Shown here piece by piece: positions 55,512 through 64,000 of a stretch of 64,000 nucleotides of DNA. The stretch spans positions 28,473 through 92,472 of the forward strand of contig PDSY01000016.1 of the NCBI GenBank assembly GCA_002747105.1, given 5' to 3'. The position numbers and the translations under genes were made by a program. The notes beneath the pieces were generated by a model. The model was not told the origin of the DNA, ran no database searches, and worked only from the letters and a program-made list of their open reading frames with translations. Every line of letters starts with the position of its first letter. Within the stretch, counting starts at the first letter, position 1. The DNA comes from Flavobacteriales bacterium. Lineage in GTDB: Bacteria > Bacteroidota > Bacteroidia > Flavobacteriales > Weeksellaceae.

Positions 55512-56021
55512 ATGAAAAAATTATTATTTTTATCGTTGGCAGTCTTGCTAACAGTCGTATCTTGTAGAAAGGATAAAAAATCTTCGGACGACTCAACGGA
55601 TACACAAGTTACTGTTACTGGAACTTGGGTAGCGGAAAAGTTTGTTATTAATGGAACTTTAACGCCTTCATCTGTGCCTGTACCTGTACCTTTTAATCAG
55701 GAAAGTACTTCGGATTGTGTAAAAGAATCACGATTGGTTTTGAATGAAGATGGTTCAGGGGATTTACTTTTGAAGTTTGATCCACAAATACCAGGAGTGC
55801 CAGATTTAGGTTGTTTGACTGTTGTAGAGCAAACATCTAATTATACTTATAATGAAGACGAAAACAAATTGGAGTTTTCGGCAGGTGTAGCAGGTGATCA
55901 AGCGGTGACTGTTGATGATTTAACGGCGAATACATTGGTATTGAAGAAAGGTTTCGAGGACTTTAATTATGAAGGAATGGGAAGCTTTACAGGAACGGTT
56001 AAGGTGGAGTTTAAGAAATAA
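55512..56021 (+). CDS. lipocalin-like lipoprotein
   Basis: Lipobox 'VVSC' and 'GTWVAEKF', a lipocalin-like beta-barrel start. Confidence 0.55.
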   Translation: MKKLLFLSLAVLLTVVSCRKDKKSSDDSTDTQVTVTGTWVAEKFVINGTLTPSSVPVPVPFNQESTSDCVKESRLVLNEDGSGDLLLKFDPQIPGVPDLGCLTVVEQTSNYTYNEDENKLEFSAGVAGDQAVTVDDLTANTLVLKKGFEDFNYEGMGSFTGTVKVEFKK

Positions 56022-56046
56022 ATTATTCCTTTTTTAAGTGAAAGAT

Positions 56047-56502
56047 ATGAAGAAAATATTAGTATTATTATTGGGTTTGTTGTTGTTTTCAACTTCTTGT
56101 AAAAAAGAAGATGAACCGATGCTTATGCCATCTATTGTTGGTGAGTGGAAACCTGTTAAAATGGTTGAAACCAAGGTTAAGACTACCGATATTTTATCGG
56201 AAACAAAGGCTTATTATTATGATGATTGTCAGCAACAGTCTCGTTTTATTTTTAATGAAGACTTGTCGGGACATGTTTTATTAAAAGACACTTATGGAGG
56301 AGCAGATTGTTTAGTAGTGAAAGATGAGCCGCTTGATTATATTTATGATAATAAGACAGGGAAAATTGTTTTACATTATGTAACATTGGAAGATGAAGGT
56401 AAGGTGTCAGAGGTTACCGAAAATTCTATGAACCTTCAGATAGAAGAAAAGGATGACGATGTCTTTATTTCTAAAACGTATACTTTAGAAAGAGTACAGT
56501 AA
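56047..56502 (+). CDS. lipocalin-like lipoprotein
   Basis: Lipobox 'FSTSC' and 'GEWKPVKM'. Tandem with the preceding lipoprotein gene, with a terminator downstream. Confidence 0.55.
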   Translation: MKKILVLLLGLLLFSTSCKKEDEPMLMPSIVGEWKPVKMVETKVKTTDILSETKAYYYDDCQQQSRFIFNEDLSGHVLLKDTYGGADCLVVKDEPLDYIYDNKTGKIVLHYVTLEDEGKVSEVTENSMNLQIEEKDDDVFISKTYTLERVQ

Positions 56503-56522
56503 TTAATCATGATAAATGAATT

Positions 56523-56550
56523 AAATCCTCATCTTTAGGTGAGGATTTTT
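56523..56550 (+). terminator. rho-independent terminator after the lipocalin-like pair
   Basis: Perfect 9-bp stem 'aaatcctca'/'tgaggattt' followed by a T-run. Confidence 0.8.
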
Positions 56551-56563
56551 CATCTTAAAATAA

Positions 56564-56571
56564 TAAATTTG
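56564..56571 (+). promoter_or_regulatory. Bacteroidota-type -7 box (TAnnTTTG)
   Basis: 'taaatttg' lies 26 nt upstream of leuS. Confidence 0.5.
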
Positions 56572-56596
56572 TAACATTCTATTTTAAAATAAAATT

Positions 56597-59500
56597 ATGT
56601 TTTATAACCATCAAGAAATTGAAAAAAAATGGCAACAGTTTTGGGAAGATAACCAAATTTTTAAAGCCGAAAAGATATCCGATAAACCAAAATATTATGT
56701 GTTAGATATGTTCCCTTATCCGAGTGGTGCAGGTTTACATGTTGGGCATCCGCTTGGTTATATCGCAAGTGATATTTATGCAAGGTACAAACGCCACAAA
56801 GGTTTTAATGTATTGCATCCACAAGGTTATGATAGTTTTGGACTTCCTGCTGAGCAATATGCTATTCAAACAGGTCAGCATCCTGCTATTACGACCGAAA
56901 CGAATATTGCCACTTATCGAAAACAATTGGATAGAGTAGGTTTTTCATTTGATTGGAGTAGGGAAGTGCGTACTTCTAATCCTGAGTATTATAAATGGAC
57001 GCAATGGATTTTTATTCAGTTGTTTAATTCTTGGTATAATAATGACACAAATAAGGCTGAAGATATTTCAACTTTAGTTGAGGTTTTTGAAAAAGAAGGG
57101 AATTTAAAAGTGAATGCGGTTTGTGATGAAGATGTTGTTGAATTTTCAGCTGAAGAATGGCAAAGTTTTGATGAGAATAAAAAACAGGAAATTTTATTAC
57201 AATATCGTCTCACTTATTTATCTGATACGGAAGTGAATTGGTGTCCAAAATTGGGAACGGTTTTAGCGAATGACGAGATTGTTAATGGCGTTTCTGAGCG
57301 TGGTGGACATCCTGTAGTTCGTAAAAAAATGACACAATGGTCCATGCGAATTTCCGCCTATGCACAAAGATTATTGGACGGATTATCAACATTAGATTGG
57401 ACACAAGCTTTGAAGGATAGTCAGGAAAATTGGATTGGACGAAGTGAAGGAGCGATGGTTTCATTCCCCCTTTCCCCCGAAGGGGAGAAAGACTCTAAAA
57501 TAGAGGTTTTGAATACTAATGAGTCCAAGAAAAAGTTTGGATATTTAACAGGAGGGAATAATTCTGCGATACTTATTAAGTACGCTCAAAAAATGAGAGA
57601 TTTCCCAACAGACGCAGAAAAAATACTTTGGGAGCATTTAAAATCAAAAAAAACAGGATATAAATTTCGCCAACAACATTTGATTGGTGATTTTATTGCA
57701 GATTTTGTTTGTCTATCAAAAAGGTTAATCATAGAAATAGATGGTGGTTATCACGATGATGTAGAACAACAAGTTTTGGATGAAGAAAGAACCGCTCAAT
57801 TAAAAGTTTTAGGTTTTGAGGTTGTTAGGTTTAAAAATGAAGAAGTTATTGGTGATTTAGATGGGGTTTTACATAAAATATCAAAAATTCTTTCTACAAA
57901 AATGGAAGTTGAATTAGATCATGATGTAACGCAGAATCAATCATTGTTCTCCCCTTCGGGGGAAAGGGGGATTGAAGTTTTCACCACACGCCCTGACACT
58001 ATTTTCGGAGTGTCATTTATGACGCTTGCACCAGAACACGAATTGGTTGCTAAAATTACAACAGAAGAACAAAAAGCTGAGGTGGAGGCTTATATTGAAG
58101 CAACCGCAAAACGCTCGGAGCGAGATAGAATGGCAGATGTGAAAACCATTTCAGGAGTATTTACGGGAGCGTATGCGATTCACCCATTTACAGGTGAAGA
58201 GATTCCGATTTGGATTGGTGATTATGTGTTGGCAAGTTACGGAACAGGTGCTGTAATGGCTGTTCCTGCGGGTGATGATAGAGATTATGCCTTTGCGAAG
58301 CACTTTAATATCCCGATTAAAAATATTTTTGACGGAGTGGATATTTCAGAACAGGCATATACCGATAAATCAACAAAAACGCCATTGATGAATTCTGGGT
58401 TTTTAGACGGATTAACGGTTAAAAAAGCCATGAAAACCGTTATTTACGAAATGGAAAAACAAGGTATTGGTTACGGTAAAATCAACTATCGTTTGCGTGA
58501 TGCCGTTTTTAGTCGTCAAAGATATTGGGGAGAACCATTTCCTGTTTATTATAAAGACGGAATGCCACAAATGATTGATGAAAAACATTTGCCTATTCGT
58601 TTGCCAGAAGTAGAGAAATATTTACCAACGGAAGACGGAAAGCCACCATTAGGAAATGCAGAAGTTTGGGCTTGGGATACGGATAAAAACGAGGTGGTAA
58701 GTAATGATAAAATCAACAATATGACTATTTTTCCGTTAGAACTCAATACAATGCCAGGATGGGCAGGGAGTTCGTGGTATTTTAATCGTTATATGGACGC
58801 AGGAAATGCTGAAGAGTTTGCAAGTAAAGAGGCGTTGAATTATTGGAAAGAAGTTGATTTGTATATTGGTGGAAGTGAACACGCTACGGGGCATTTGTTG
58901 TATGCTCGTTTTTGGCAAAAATTCTTGTTTGATAAAGGTTTAGTGCCTACAGATGAGTTTGCTAAAAAACTGATTAACCAAGGAATGATTTTGGGAACTT
59001 CGGCGTTTGTATATCGTGAAGAGGGAACCAATAAATTCCATTCCAAAGGATTGATAGAAGGTAAGAAAATGCAACCAATTCACGCACATGTATCTTTTGT
59101 AGGGGCAGGAGATGTTTTAGATGTAGAAAAATTTAAGGCTTGGAGAGAAGACTTCAAAGATGCCGAATTTATTTTAGAGGACGGAAAGTATATCGTTGGT
59201 CGTGAGGTTGAAAAAATGTCTAAATCAAAATACAATGTCGTTAATCCTGATGATATTTGTGAGGAATATGGTGCTGATTGCCTAAGGTTATACGAGATGT
59301 TTTTAGGACCTTTGGAGCAATCAAAACCTTGGAATACACAAGGGTTGAGCGGTGTTTATGGTTTCTTGAAGAAATTTTATAATTTGTACTTTAATGGAGA
59401 TAATTTTGAAGTGTCAGAGGAAGAACCAACCAAAGAAGAGTATAAAATTTTGCATACCTTGATTAAGAAATTCAATGAAGATGTAGAAAACTTTTCTTTT

Positions 59501-59893
59501 AATACATCGGTGTCTTCTTTTATGATTGCTGTGAACGAATTACAGAAGAAAAAATGTAACAAAAGAGCCATTTTAGAGCCTTTGGCAGTAATTATTTCCC
59601 CTTACGCTCCACATATTTGTGAGGAGTTATGGCAAAATTTAGGACATACTACTTCTATTGAATATCAGGCTTTCCCTGAGTTCGAAGAAAAACATTTGGT
59701 GGAAAGTACAAAAACCTATCCTATTTCATTTAATGGAAAAATGCGTTTCACCTTAGATTTACCAATGGATATGCCAAAAGACGAAATTGAAAAGATGGTA
59801 ATGGCAGATGAAAGAACACAAAAGCAACTTGCAGGACGAGAACCTAAAAAAGTAATTATCGTTCCAGGGAAGATTGTGAATATTGTGGGGTAA
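56597..59893 (+). CDS. leuS: leucine--tRNA ligase carrying an in-frame DUF559 insertion
   Basis: HIGH 'HVGHPLGY', 'ENWIGRSEGA', CP1 entry 'TTRPDTIFG', and KMSKS 'KMSKSK'. A continuous 1098-aa ORF, about 160 aa longer than expected because of the insert at aa ~292-463. Confidence 0.95.
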   Translation: MFYNHQEIEKKWQQFWEDNQIFKAEKISDKPKYYVLDMFPYPSGAGLHVGHPLGYIASDIYARYKRHKGFNVLHPQGYDSFGLPAEQYAIQTGQHPAITTETNIATYRKQLDRVGFSFDWSREVRTSNPEYYKWTQWIFIQLFNSWYNNDTNKAEDISTLVEVFEKEGNLKVNAVCDEDVVEFSAEEWQSFDENKKQEILLQYRLTYLSDTEVNWCPKLGTVLANDEIVNGVSERGGHPVVRKKMTQWSMRISAYAQRLLDGLSTLDWTQALKDSQENWIGRSEGAMVSFPLSPEGEKDSKIEVLNTNESKKKFGYLTGGNNSAILIKYAQKMRDFPTDAEKILWEHLKSKKTGYKFRQQHLIGDFIADFVCLSKRLIIEIDGGYHDDVEQQVLDEERTAQLKVLGFEVVRFKNEEVIGDLDGVLHKISKILSTKMEVELDHDVTQNQSLFSPSGERGIEVFTTRPDTIFGVSFMTLAPEHELVAKITTEEQKAEVEAYIEATAKRSERDRMADVKTISGVFTGAYAIHPFTGEEIPIWIGDYVLASYGTGAVMAVPAGDDRDYAFAKHFNIPIKNIFDGVDISEQAYTDKSTKTPLMNSGFLDGLTVKKAMKTVIYEMEKQGIGYGKINYRLRDAVFSRQRYWGEPFPVYYKDGMPQMIDEKHLPIRLPEVEKYLPTEDGKPPLGNAEVWAWDTDKNEVVSNDKINNMTIFPLELNTMPGWAGSSWYFNRYMDAGNAEEFASKEALNYWKEVDLYIGGSEHATGHLLYARFWQKFLFDKGLVPTDEFAKKLINQGMILGTSAFVYREEGTNKFHSKGLIEGKKMQPIHAHVSFVGAGDVLDVEKFKAWREDFKDAEFILEDGKYIVGREVEKMSKSKYNVVNPDDICEEYGADCLRLYEMFLGPLEQSKPWNTQGLSGVYGFLKKFYNLYFNGDNFEVSEEEPTKEEYKILHTLIKKFNEDVENFSFNTSVSSFMIAVNELQKKKCNKRAILEPLAVIISPYAPHICEELWQNLGHTTSIEYQAFPEFEEKHLVESTKTYPISFNGKMRFTLDLPMDMPKDEIEKMVMADERTQKQLAGREPKKVIIVPGKIVNIVG
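57470..57499. repeat. left terminal inverted repeat of the leuS insert
   Basis: 'ttcattccccctttcccccgaaggggagaa'. It contains its own CCCC-GAA-GGGG mini-hairpin. Confidence 0.9.
57957..57986. repeat. right terminal inverted repeat of the leuS insert
   Basis: 'ttctccccttcgggggaaagggggattgaa' is the reverse complement of the left repeat, with one mismatch. Confidence 0.9.
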
Positions 59894-59930
59894 TTGGAGT
59901 TAAATCATAGGTGGCAATGATGTTGTATGT

Positions 59931-59970
59931 CGTTGGGTAGAGAAGTCGCATACTATTTTTCTACCCAACG
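59931..59970. repeat. perfect 10-bp inverted repeat with 20-nt spacer
   Basis: 'cgttgggtag' N20 'ctacccaacg', between leuS and the TM2 gene. Confidence 0.85.
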
Positions 59971-59979
59971 AAAAATATA

Positions 59980-60513
59980 ATGGGAATGAAAAGTAGAAAA
60001 ATAACCATATTATTAGCCTTTTTTTTCGGCTACTTGGGAGTTCATCAATTTTATTTAGGAAATACAAAGAAAGGTATTTTTTATATAGTATTTTTTTTGT
60101 TATTTTTTTGGACGATAATTCCTTTTTTGATTGGTTTTATTGATTTTCTGATTTTTCTTATAATGTCGGAGTATGATTTTGATTTACGCTATAATACAGA
60201 ATACGCTGGTATAATCACCAAAAGTAATGGTCCAAAAGTGGAATATGTTACTCTTTATGACCCTACTACAACAGAGCCGGTGCCATTCCAAGAGGCACTT
60301 CGTAGGGTTGATTTAGCATCGACAAATCAATCAAGAGAACGACAAAAAAGAATATTAGTTCAAAAGGATAAAATAATAAAACAACATAGGTGTAGTATTC
60401 ATAATAAACCTATAAAGTATGGATATACTTTCGACCATAATGTATTAGGTATAGAAATAATTGCAAAGTGTTGTGAGAAATCAAGTGAGGAATTGTTTAG
60501 GAAGATAAAATAA
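59980..60513 (+). CDS. TM2 domain-containing protein
   Basis: 'LLAFFFGYLGVHQFYLGNTKKG' is a TM2 motif. The C-terminal ~100 aa soluble Cys-containing domain is of unknown function. Confidence 0.75.
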   Translation: MGMKSRKITILLAFFFGYLGVHQFYLGNTKKGIFYIVFFLLFFWTIIPFLIGFIDFLIFLIMSEYDFDLRYNTEYAGIITKSNGPKVEYVTLYDPTTTEPVPFQEALRRVDLASTNQSRERQKRILVQKDKIIKQHRCSIHNKPIKYGYTFDHNVLGIEIIAKCCEKSSEELFRKIK

Positions 60514-60896
60514 TAGTACATTAAGATAAGCTTAATCCGTTGTCAAAAAGAGACAAAAAAATTAAGGGGTTTTCTCTTTATTTAGATGTTTTATTTCATG
60601 AAGAAAAAGGAGTTTTTCTTGTCTAAAGAAAGGAGAGATGTTTTAATGTGGTGTTTTTTTATTCTTAAATTTTTGATAATAAAAAAGCGGTATTTTGTTT
60701 AAATTTTAAGGTTTTTTAAGGAATGGAATAATAGAGATATTTTAAAGGGTTAATTTTACCAATTTCGCAATATTCATTGATTTTAATTTAGTCGAAAAAT
60801 CCTTTTATTGCGTAAAAATATTTGCATTCTAATGAAAAATGCCGTTACTTTACAATCTTAAAAAAGTTTAAAAATAATTATAAATTTAAGTTTAGT

Positions 60897-61763
60897 ATGG
60901 AAATGAATGTTTCAAACACAGAGGAGCAAGTAGTTGCTAAAAAGAAAGGCGGGTTGAATCCTGTTATTGTATTACCTATTCTATTATTAATAGGTGTATC
61001 TATTTATCTATTTATATTTGGTAATCCAGGGAACTTTAAAGCGGACCCTAAAATAGCTGGAGAGATGTCAGTTGCATTTGCTGATATCGAAGCAAAACAG
61101 TTACATCCAGAGTCAGGAATGGGAATTGTATACATGGGAGGTCCTATTGTACCAATTTTGGTTACTTTTATGATTACTGTATTGGTGTTTTCTTTTGAAA
61201 GATTTTTCGTGTTAGGAAAAGCAGCAGGAAAAGGAAACTTAGATGCTTTTGTAGTGAGAGTAAGACAGTTATTAAATAACAACAAAATTGATGAAGCTAT
61301 CGAAGAGTGTGATGCTCAGCAAGGTTCTGTTGGTAATGTGGTGAAAGAAGGCTTAGTGACCTATAAGGCATTGGCAAAAGATGGTACGATGAACAAAGAA
61401 CAGAAAATGGTAGCATTGAACAAAGCGATTGAAGAAGCGACAACATTAGAAATGCCAATGTTAGAGAAAAATATGATGATTCTTTCTACATTAGGTACCG
61501 TAGCGACATTAGTAGCACTTTTAGGAACGGTAATCGGGATGATTAAGGCATTCTTCGCATTAGGTTCTGGAGGAGGAACTCCTGATGCAGCAGCTTTATC
61601 TATCGGTATTTCGGAAGCTTTGATTAATACAGCCTTAGGTATTGGTACATCGGCAGTTGCGATTATATTCTATAACTTCTTTACCTCTAAAATTGATGGA
61701 TTAACTTACAAGATTGATGAAATCTCAATGAGTATCCAACAATCATTTGCTGAATTCCATTAA
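60897..61763 (+). CDS. exbB: MotA/TolQ/ExbB proton channel family protein
   Basis: 'LSTLGTVATLVALLGTVIGMI' and 'GISEALINTALG' are ExbB motifs. Start set at ATG 60897. Confidence 0.9.
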   Translation: MEMNVSNTEEQVVAKKKGGLNPVIVLPILLLIGVSIYLFIFGNPGNFKADPKIAGEMSVAFADIEAKQLHPESGMGIVYMGGPIVPILVTFMITVLVFSFERFFVLGKAAGKGNLDAFVVRVRQLLNNNKIDEAIEECDAQQGSVGNVVKEGLVTYKALAKDGTMNKEQKMVALNKAIEEATTLEMPMLEKNMMILSTLGTVATLVALLGTVIGMIKAFFALGSGGGTPDAAALSIGISEALINTALGIGTSAVAIIFYNFFTSKIDGLTYKIDEISMSIQQSFAEFH

Positions 61764-61840
61764 TATTTGGCAAGAAATTTGCATTTATTTTAGTAAAATA
61801 AATGCGTAAAGTAGAAGTTTAATAAAAATAATATAATAAT

Positions 61841-62452
61841 ATGGCGAGAGTCAAACCAAAAAGACACGGAGTAGTAACCGATATGACGGCGATGTGTGAT
61901 GTTGCCTTCTTATTACTTACTTTCTTTATCTTGACCACTCAGTTTAAGAAACCTGATGTGGAAGCGATAAAACCGCCATCTTCAATCTCAGAAACCATTC
62001 TTCCTGATGGAAGTATAATGACGGTAAATATTACCAAAGATGGTAGATTTTACTTCGCACCTGTGGATAATGGAACGGAGAAAGTGGAACTTTTAGAAAA
62101 AATGGGAAAAAAATATGGTGTAAGCTTTACTGATGCAGAAAAAATATCTTTTGCTAAAGCACATGCCTTTGGAGTTCCTATGAAGCAAATGAAAAGTTTC
62201 TTGAAATTAGATGGGGAAAAGCAAAAGGAAGTGAAAGGAACTACGATTCCGCAAGATAGTGTAAATTCAGAATTGATAGATTGGATTAGGTTCAGTAAGG
62301 AAATTAACCCTAAATATCAGTTGGCAGTAAAAGGTGACGCAACCACGGCTTACCCAAAAGTGAAACAACTTTTTGAAGGATTAAGAAAAGAAAATATCTT
62401 GAAATTTCAGTTGATTACAACACAAGAGGGAGGTGGAAGGTCTCAAAAATAA
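61841..62452 (+). CDS. exbD: biopolymer transporter ExbD
   Basis: 'TDMTAMCDVAFLLLTFFILT' is an ExbD/TolR N-terminal TM motif. Confidence 0.9.
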   Translation: MARVKPKRHGVVTDMTAMCDVAFLLLTFFILTTQFKKPDVEAIKPPSSISETILPDGSIMTVNITKDGRFYFAPVDNGTEKVELLEKMGKKYGVSFTDAEKISFAKAHAFGVPMKQMKSFLKLDGEKQKEVKGTTIPQDSVNSELIDWIRFSKEINPKYQLAVKGDATTAYPKVKQLFEGLRKENILKFQLITTQEGGGRSQK

Positions 62453-62465
62453 AAATCATTAGAAA

Positions 62466-63014
62466 ATGGCAGAAGTACAAGTACAAGACAAAGGCGAAAA
62501 GGGAGGCAAGGTCCGTTCCAAGAAGCAGTCCACCAGGGTGGACATGACGCCAATGGTGGATTTGGGTTTTCTTTTGATAACATTCTTTATGTTTACCACT
62601 ACATTTAGTAAACCTAATGTAATGGATTTGGGATTACCAGCAAAACCAGACCCAGAACAGCAAAAGAAAATTGAACAAAATAATCAAATTGATTTGTCCA
62701 ATTCTATTTCAATTATCTTAGGAAAGGACAATAGAATTTTCTATCATCAGCAAGATAAAGCAGGGTTAAGCGATGAAACCTTGAGGGAGTCTTCTTATGA
62801 TAGAGAAGGGATTAGAAAAATAATCGTGAAAGCAAAGAACGGGGCGATAAAGAAAGACATTTTTACTGTTATTATTAAGCCTACGGACGATGCGGTATAT
62901 ACGAACTTTGTAGATTTATTAGACGAAATGGCGATAACCGAAAACGAAAGATATGGAGTGACGGAATTAAAGCCTTGGGAAAAAGCGATTTACGATAAGA
63001 AGGTAGGTAACTAA
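62466..63014 (+). CDS. exbD: biopolymer transporter ExbD
   Basis: 'VDMTPMVDLGFLLITFFMFT' marks a second ExbD paralog. Confidence 0.9.
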   Translation: MAEVQVQDKGEKGGKVRSKKQSTRVDMTPMVDLGFLLITFFMFTTTFSKPNVMDLGLPAKPDPEQQKKIEQNNQIDLSNSISIILGKDNRIFYHQQDKAGLSDETLRESSYDREGIRKIIVKAKNGAIKKDIFTVIIKPTDDAVYTNFVDLLDEMAITENERYGVTELKPWEKAIYDKKVGN

Positions 63015-63046
63015 TTTTCTACAAATTAATTAAAAAAAAGAAGAAT

Positions 63047-63901
63047 ATGTCAGAACATGTACAAGAATACAAAAACGATTTAGACGAGATTGTATTCGAA
63101 CATAGAAATAAAGCGTATGGAGCTTATGACTTGCGTAAAAGTTATAGAGGTATCCTTACCAAGGCGCTTATTATTGGGGTTCTTTTATTTACATTCGGTG
63201 TGGTAGCTCCATTTGTTGTCATGAAGATTAAGCAAATGAATAAACCTGATGAAATAGCTGTGGATGCAAATATGTTGGATTTAACACAGCCAGAAGACGA
63301 GGACGAAATTTTCGTTAATGAACCAGAACCAGAGCCAGAAGAACCAGAACCAGAGCCTGAAATAGAAGAGCAGGTAGAGGTTATTCAGAATATAGTTCCT
63401 GAGCCTACAAAGAAACCTAAAAACGAGGTGCCACCTCCAAAAATGTCTGAACAAAAGAAGACTCTAACTGGAGATAAGAATCAAAAAGGTGTCAAAAAAC
63501 CTAATGCTTTTGTGCCACCTAAAAAACCTAAAAATCCAGGCAAAGGAAAGGCGGTTAATACAAAGCCACCAGTAGATAATAAAAAGATTTATAAAACGGT
63601 GGATCAAGAGGCTACATTCCCAGGAGGTGATGCGTGGCTTAGAGAATATGTTTTAGAAGAGTTTGATACCAGTGTTCTTGAAGAGGAAGAGGATATCGTA
63701 AGAACGGTCGTTCATTTCGTTATCGAAAAAGATGGAAGGATGACTGGTGTTAGAGCAGAAGGAGGTCCGGCGGATTTCAAACGAGAGGCGATAAATGTTA
63801 TGAAATCTATTAGGAAGAAATGGAAGCCAGCTAAAGTTAATGGTAAGCCAGTTCGTTGTTATGGTAAGTTTCCTATCAGTATGCGACCACCAGAATTTTA
63901 A
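63047..63901 (+). CDS. tonB: energy transducer TonB
   Basis: N-terminal anchor, a Pro/Glu-rich spacer 'EPEPEPEEPEPEPE', and a C-terminal TonB domain ('EATFPGG...'). Confidence 0.85.
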   Translation: MSEHVQEYKNDLDEIVFEHRNKAYGAYDLRKSYRGILTKALIIGVLLFTFGVVAPFVVMKIKQMNKPDEIAVDANMLDLTQPEDEDEIFVNEPEPEPEEPEPEPEIEEQVEVIQNIVPEPTKKPKNEVPPPKMSEQKKTLTGDKNQKGVKKPNAFVPPKKPKNPGKGKAVNTKPPVDNKKIYKTVDQEATFPGGDAWLREYVLEEFDTSVLEEEEDIVRTVVHFVIEKDGRMTGVRAEGGPADFKREAINVMKSIRKKWKPAKVNGKPVRCYGKFPISMRPPEF

Positions 63902-63924
63902 CGAAAATTTAAGATGAATTTAAA

Positions 63925-63950
63925 AAGAGAAGTTTTGGCTTCTCTTTTTT
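63925..63950 (+). terminator. rho-independent terminator of tonB
   Basis: Stem 'aagagaag'/'cttctctt' followed by a T-run. Confidence 0.75.
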
Positions 63951-64000
63951 ATTTTAGTAAATTTGTGGCTATGATGTTTAGTTGGTTATCTCTCGTAATG

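Larger units (their letters stand above)
57470..57986 (+). mobile_element. inverted-repeat-bounded DUF559 (Vsr-like PD-(D/E)XK endonuclease) element inserted in frame in leuS
   Basis: 30-nt terminal inverted repeats (57470..57499 and 57957..57986, 29/30 paired, core 22 nt perfect). The interior encodes 'AEKILWEHLKSKKTGYKFRQQHLIGDFIADFVCLSKRLIIEIDGGYHDD...RFKNEEV', which matches the DUF559 pattern. Confidence 0.6.

Noticed and set aside
57470-57986. Intein in LeuRS
   Set aside because: There is no Cys/Ser/Thr at the N-junction, no His-Asn followed by Cys/Ser/Thr at the C-junction, and no Hint-domain blocks. The cargo is DUF559/Vsr-like rather than LAGLIDADG or HNH. The terminal DNA inverted repeats point to a DNA-level element.
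57470-57986. Group I or group II intron in leuS
   Set aside because: The reading frame runs continuously through the whole segment. It is only ~0.5 kb, has no reverse-transcriptase or maturase ORF, and I could see no domain V-like or P-helix-like conserved structure.
63972-64000. Possible start of the next plus-strand gene ('MMFSWLSLVM')
   Set aside because: Only 10 codons lie within the window. It is plausible because it follows the tonB terminator, but it cannot be supported.
1-64000. tRNA, rRNA, tmRNA, RNase P or SRP RNA genes, and transposases, integrases or prophage genes
   Set aside because: All intergenic gaps over ~100 nt were read on both strands. None showed a cloverleaf-like GTTCNANNC T-loop context or other recognisable RNA gene signatures. 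No ORF resembled a transposase, integrase or phage structural gene.

Overview
AT-rich chromosomal segment from a member of Bacteroidota, class Flavobacteriia. The assignment rests on a T9SS C-terminal sorting domain, an XrtF exosortase pair, a GYDIA-type GHMP kinase, an exbB-exbD-exbD-tonB cluster and recurrent TAnnTTTG -7 promoter boxes. About 69 densely packed genes are almost all housekeeping: secA, pth, fabD, pckA, rplM-rpsI, rpsB, trmB, sod, rho, gltA, tilS, waaA and leuS. I recognised no rRNA or tRNA genes, CRISPR array, transposase, integrase or classical defence island. The most unusual feature is a roughly 0.5 kb element inside leuS. It is bounded by 30-nt G/C-run inverted repeats and carries a DUF559 (Vsr-like PD-(D/E)XK endonuclease) domain, in frame at the entry to the LeuRS CP1 editing domain, giving a 1098-aa ORF. 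It has no intein or intron hallmarks. Other points worth a second look: a small locus encoding a secreted peptide made of five heptad-spaced Cys-Cys doublets next to a Cys-rich membrane-anchored ORF; a RelE/ParE toxin-antitoxin cassette bracketed by duplicated 3' ends of a T9SS-sorted gene; a family of 7- and 8-nt-phased cryptic repeat arrays that sit at gene ends and run in frame into tilS and rmuC; G/C-run hairpin modules in intergenic DNA; a perfect 27-nt palindrome; and a C40 peptidase with Ala at the canonical catalytic Cys position. All functional calls come from motif recognition in the supplied translations. No database searches were run.
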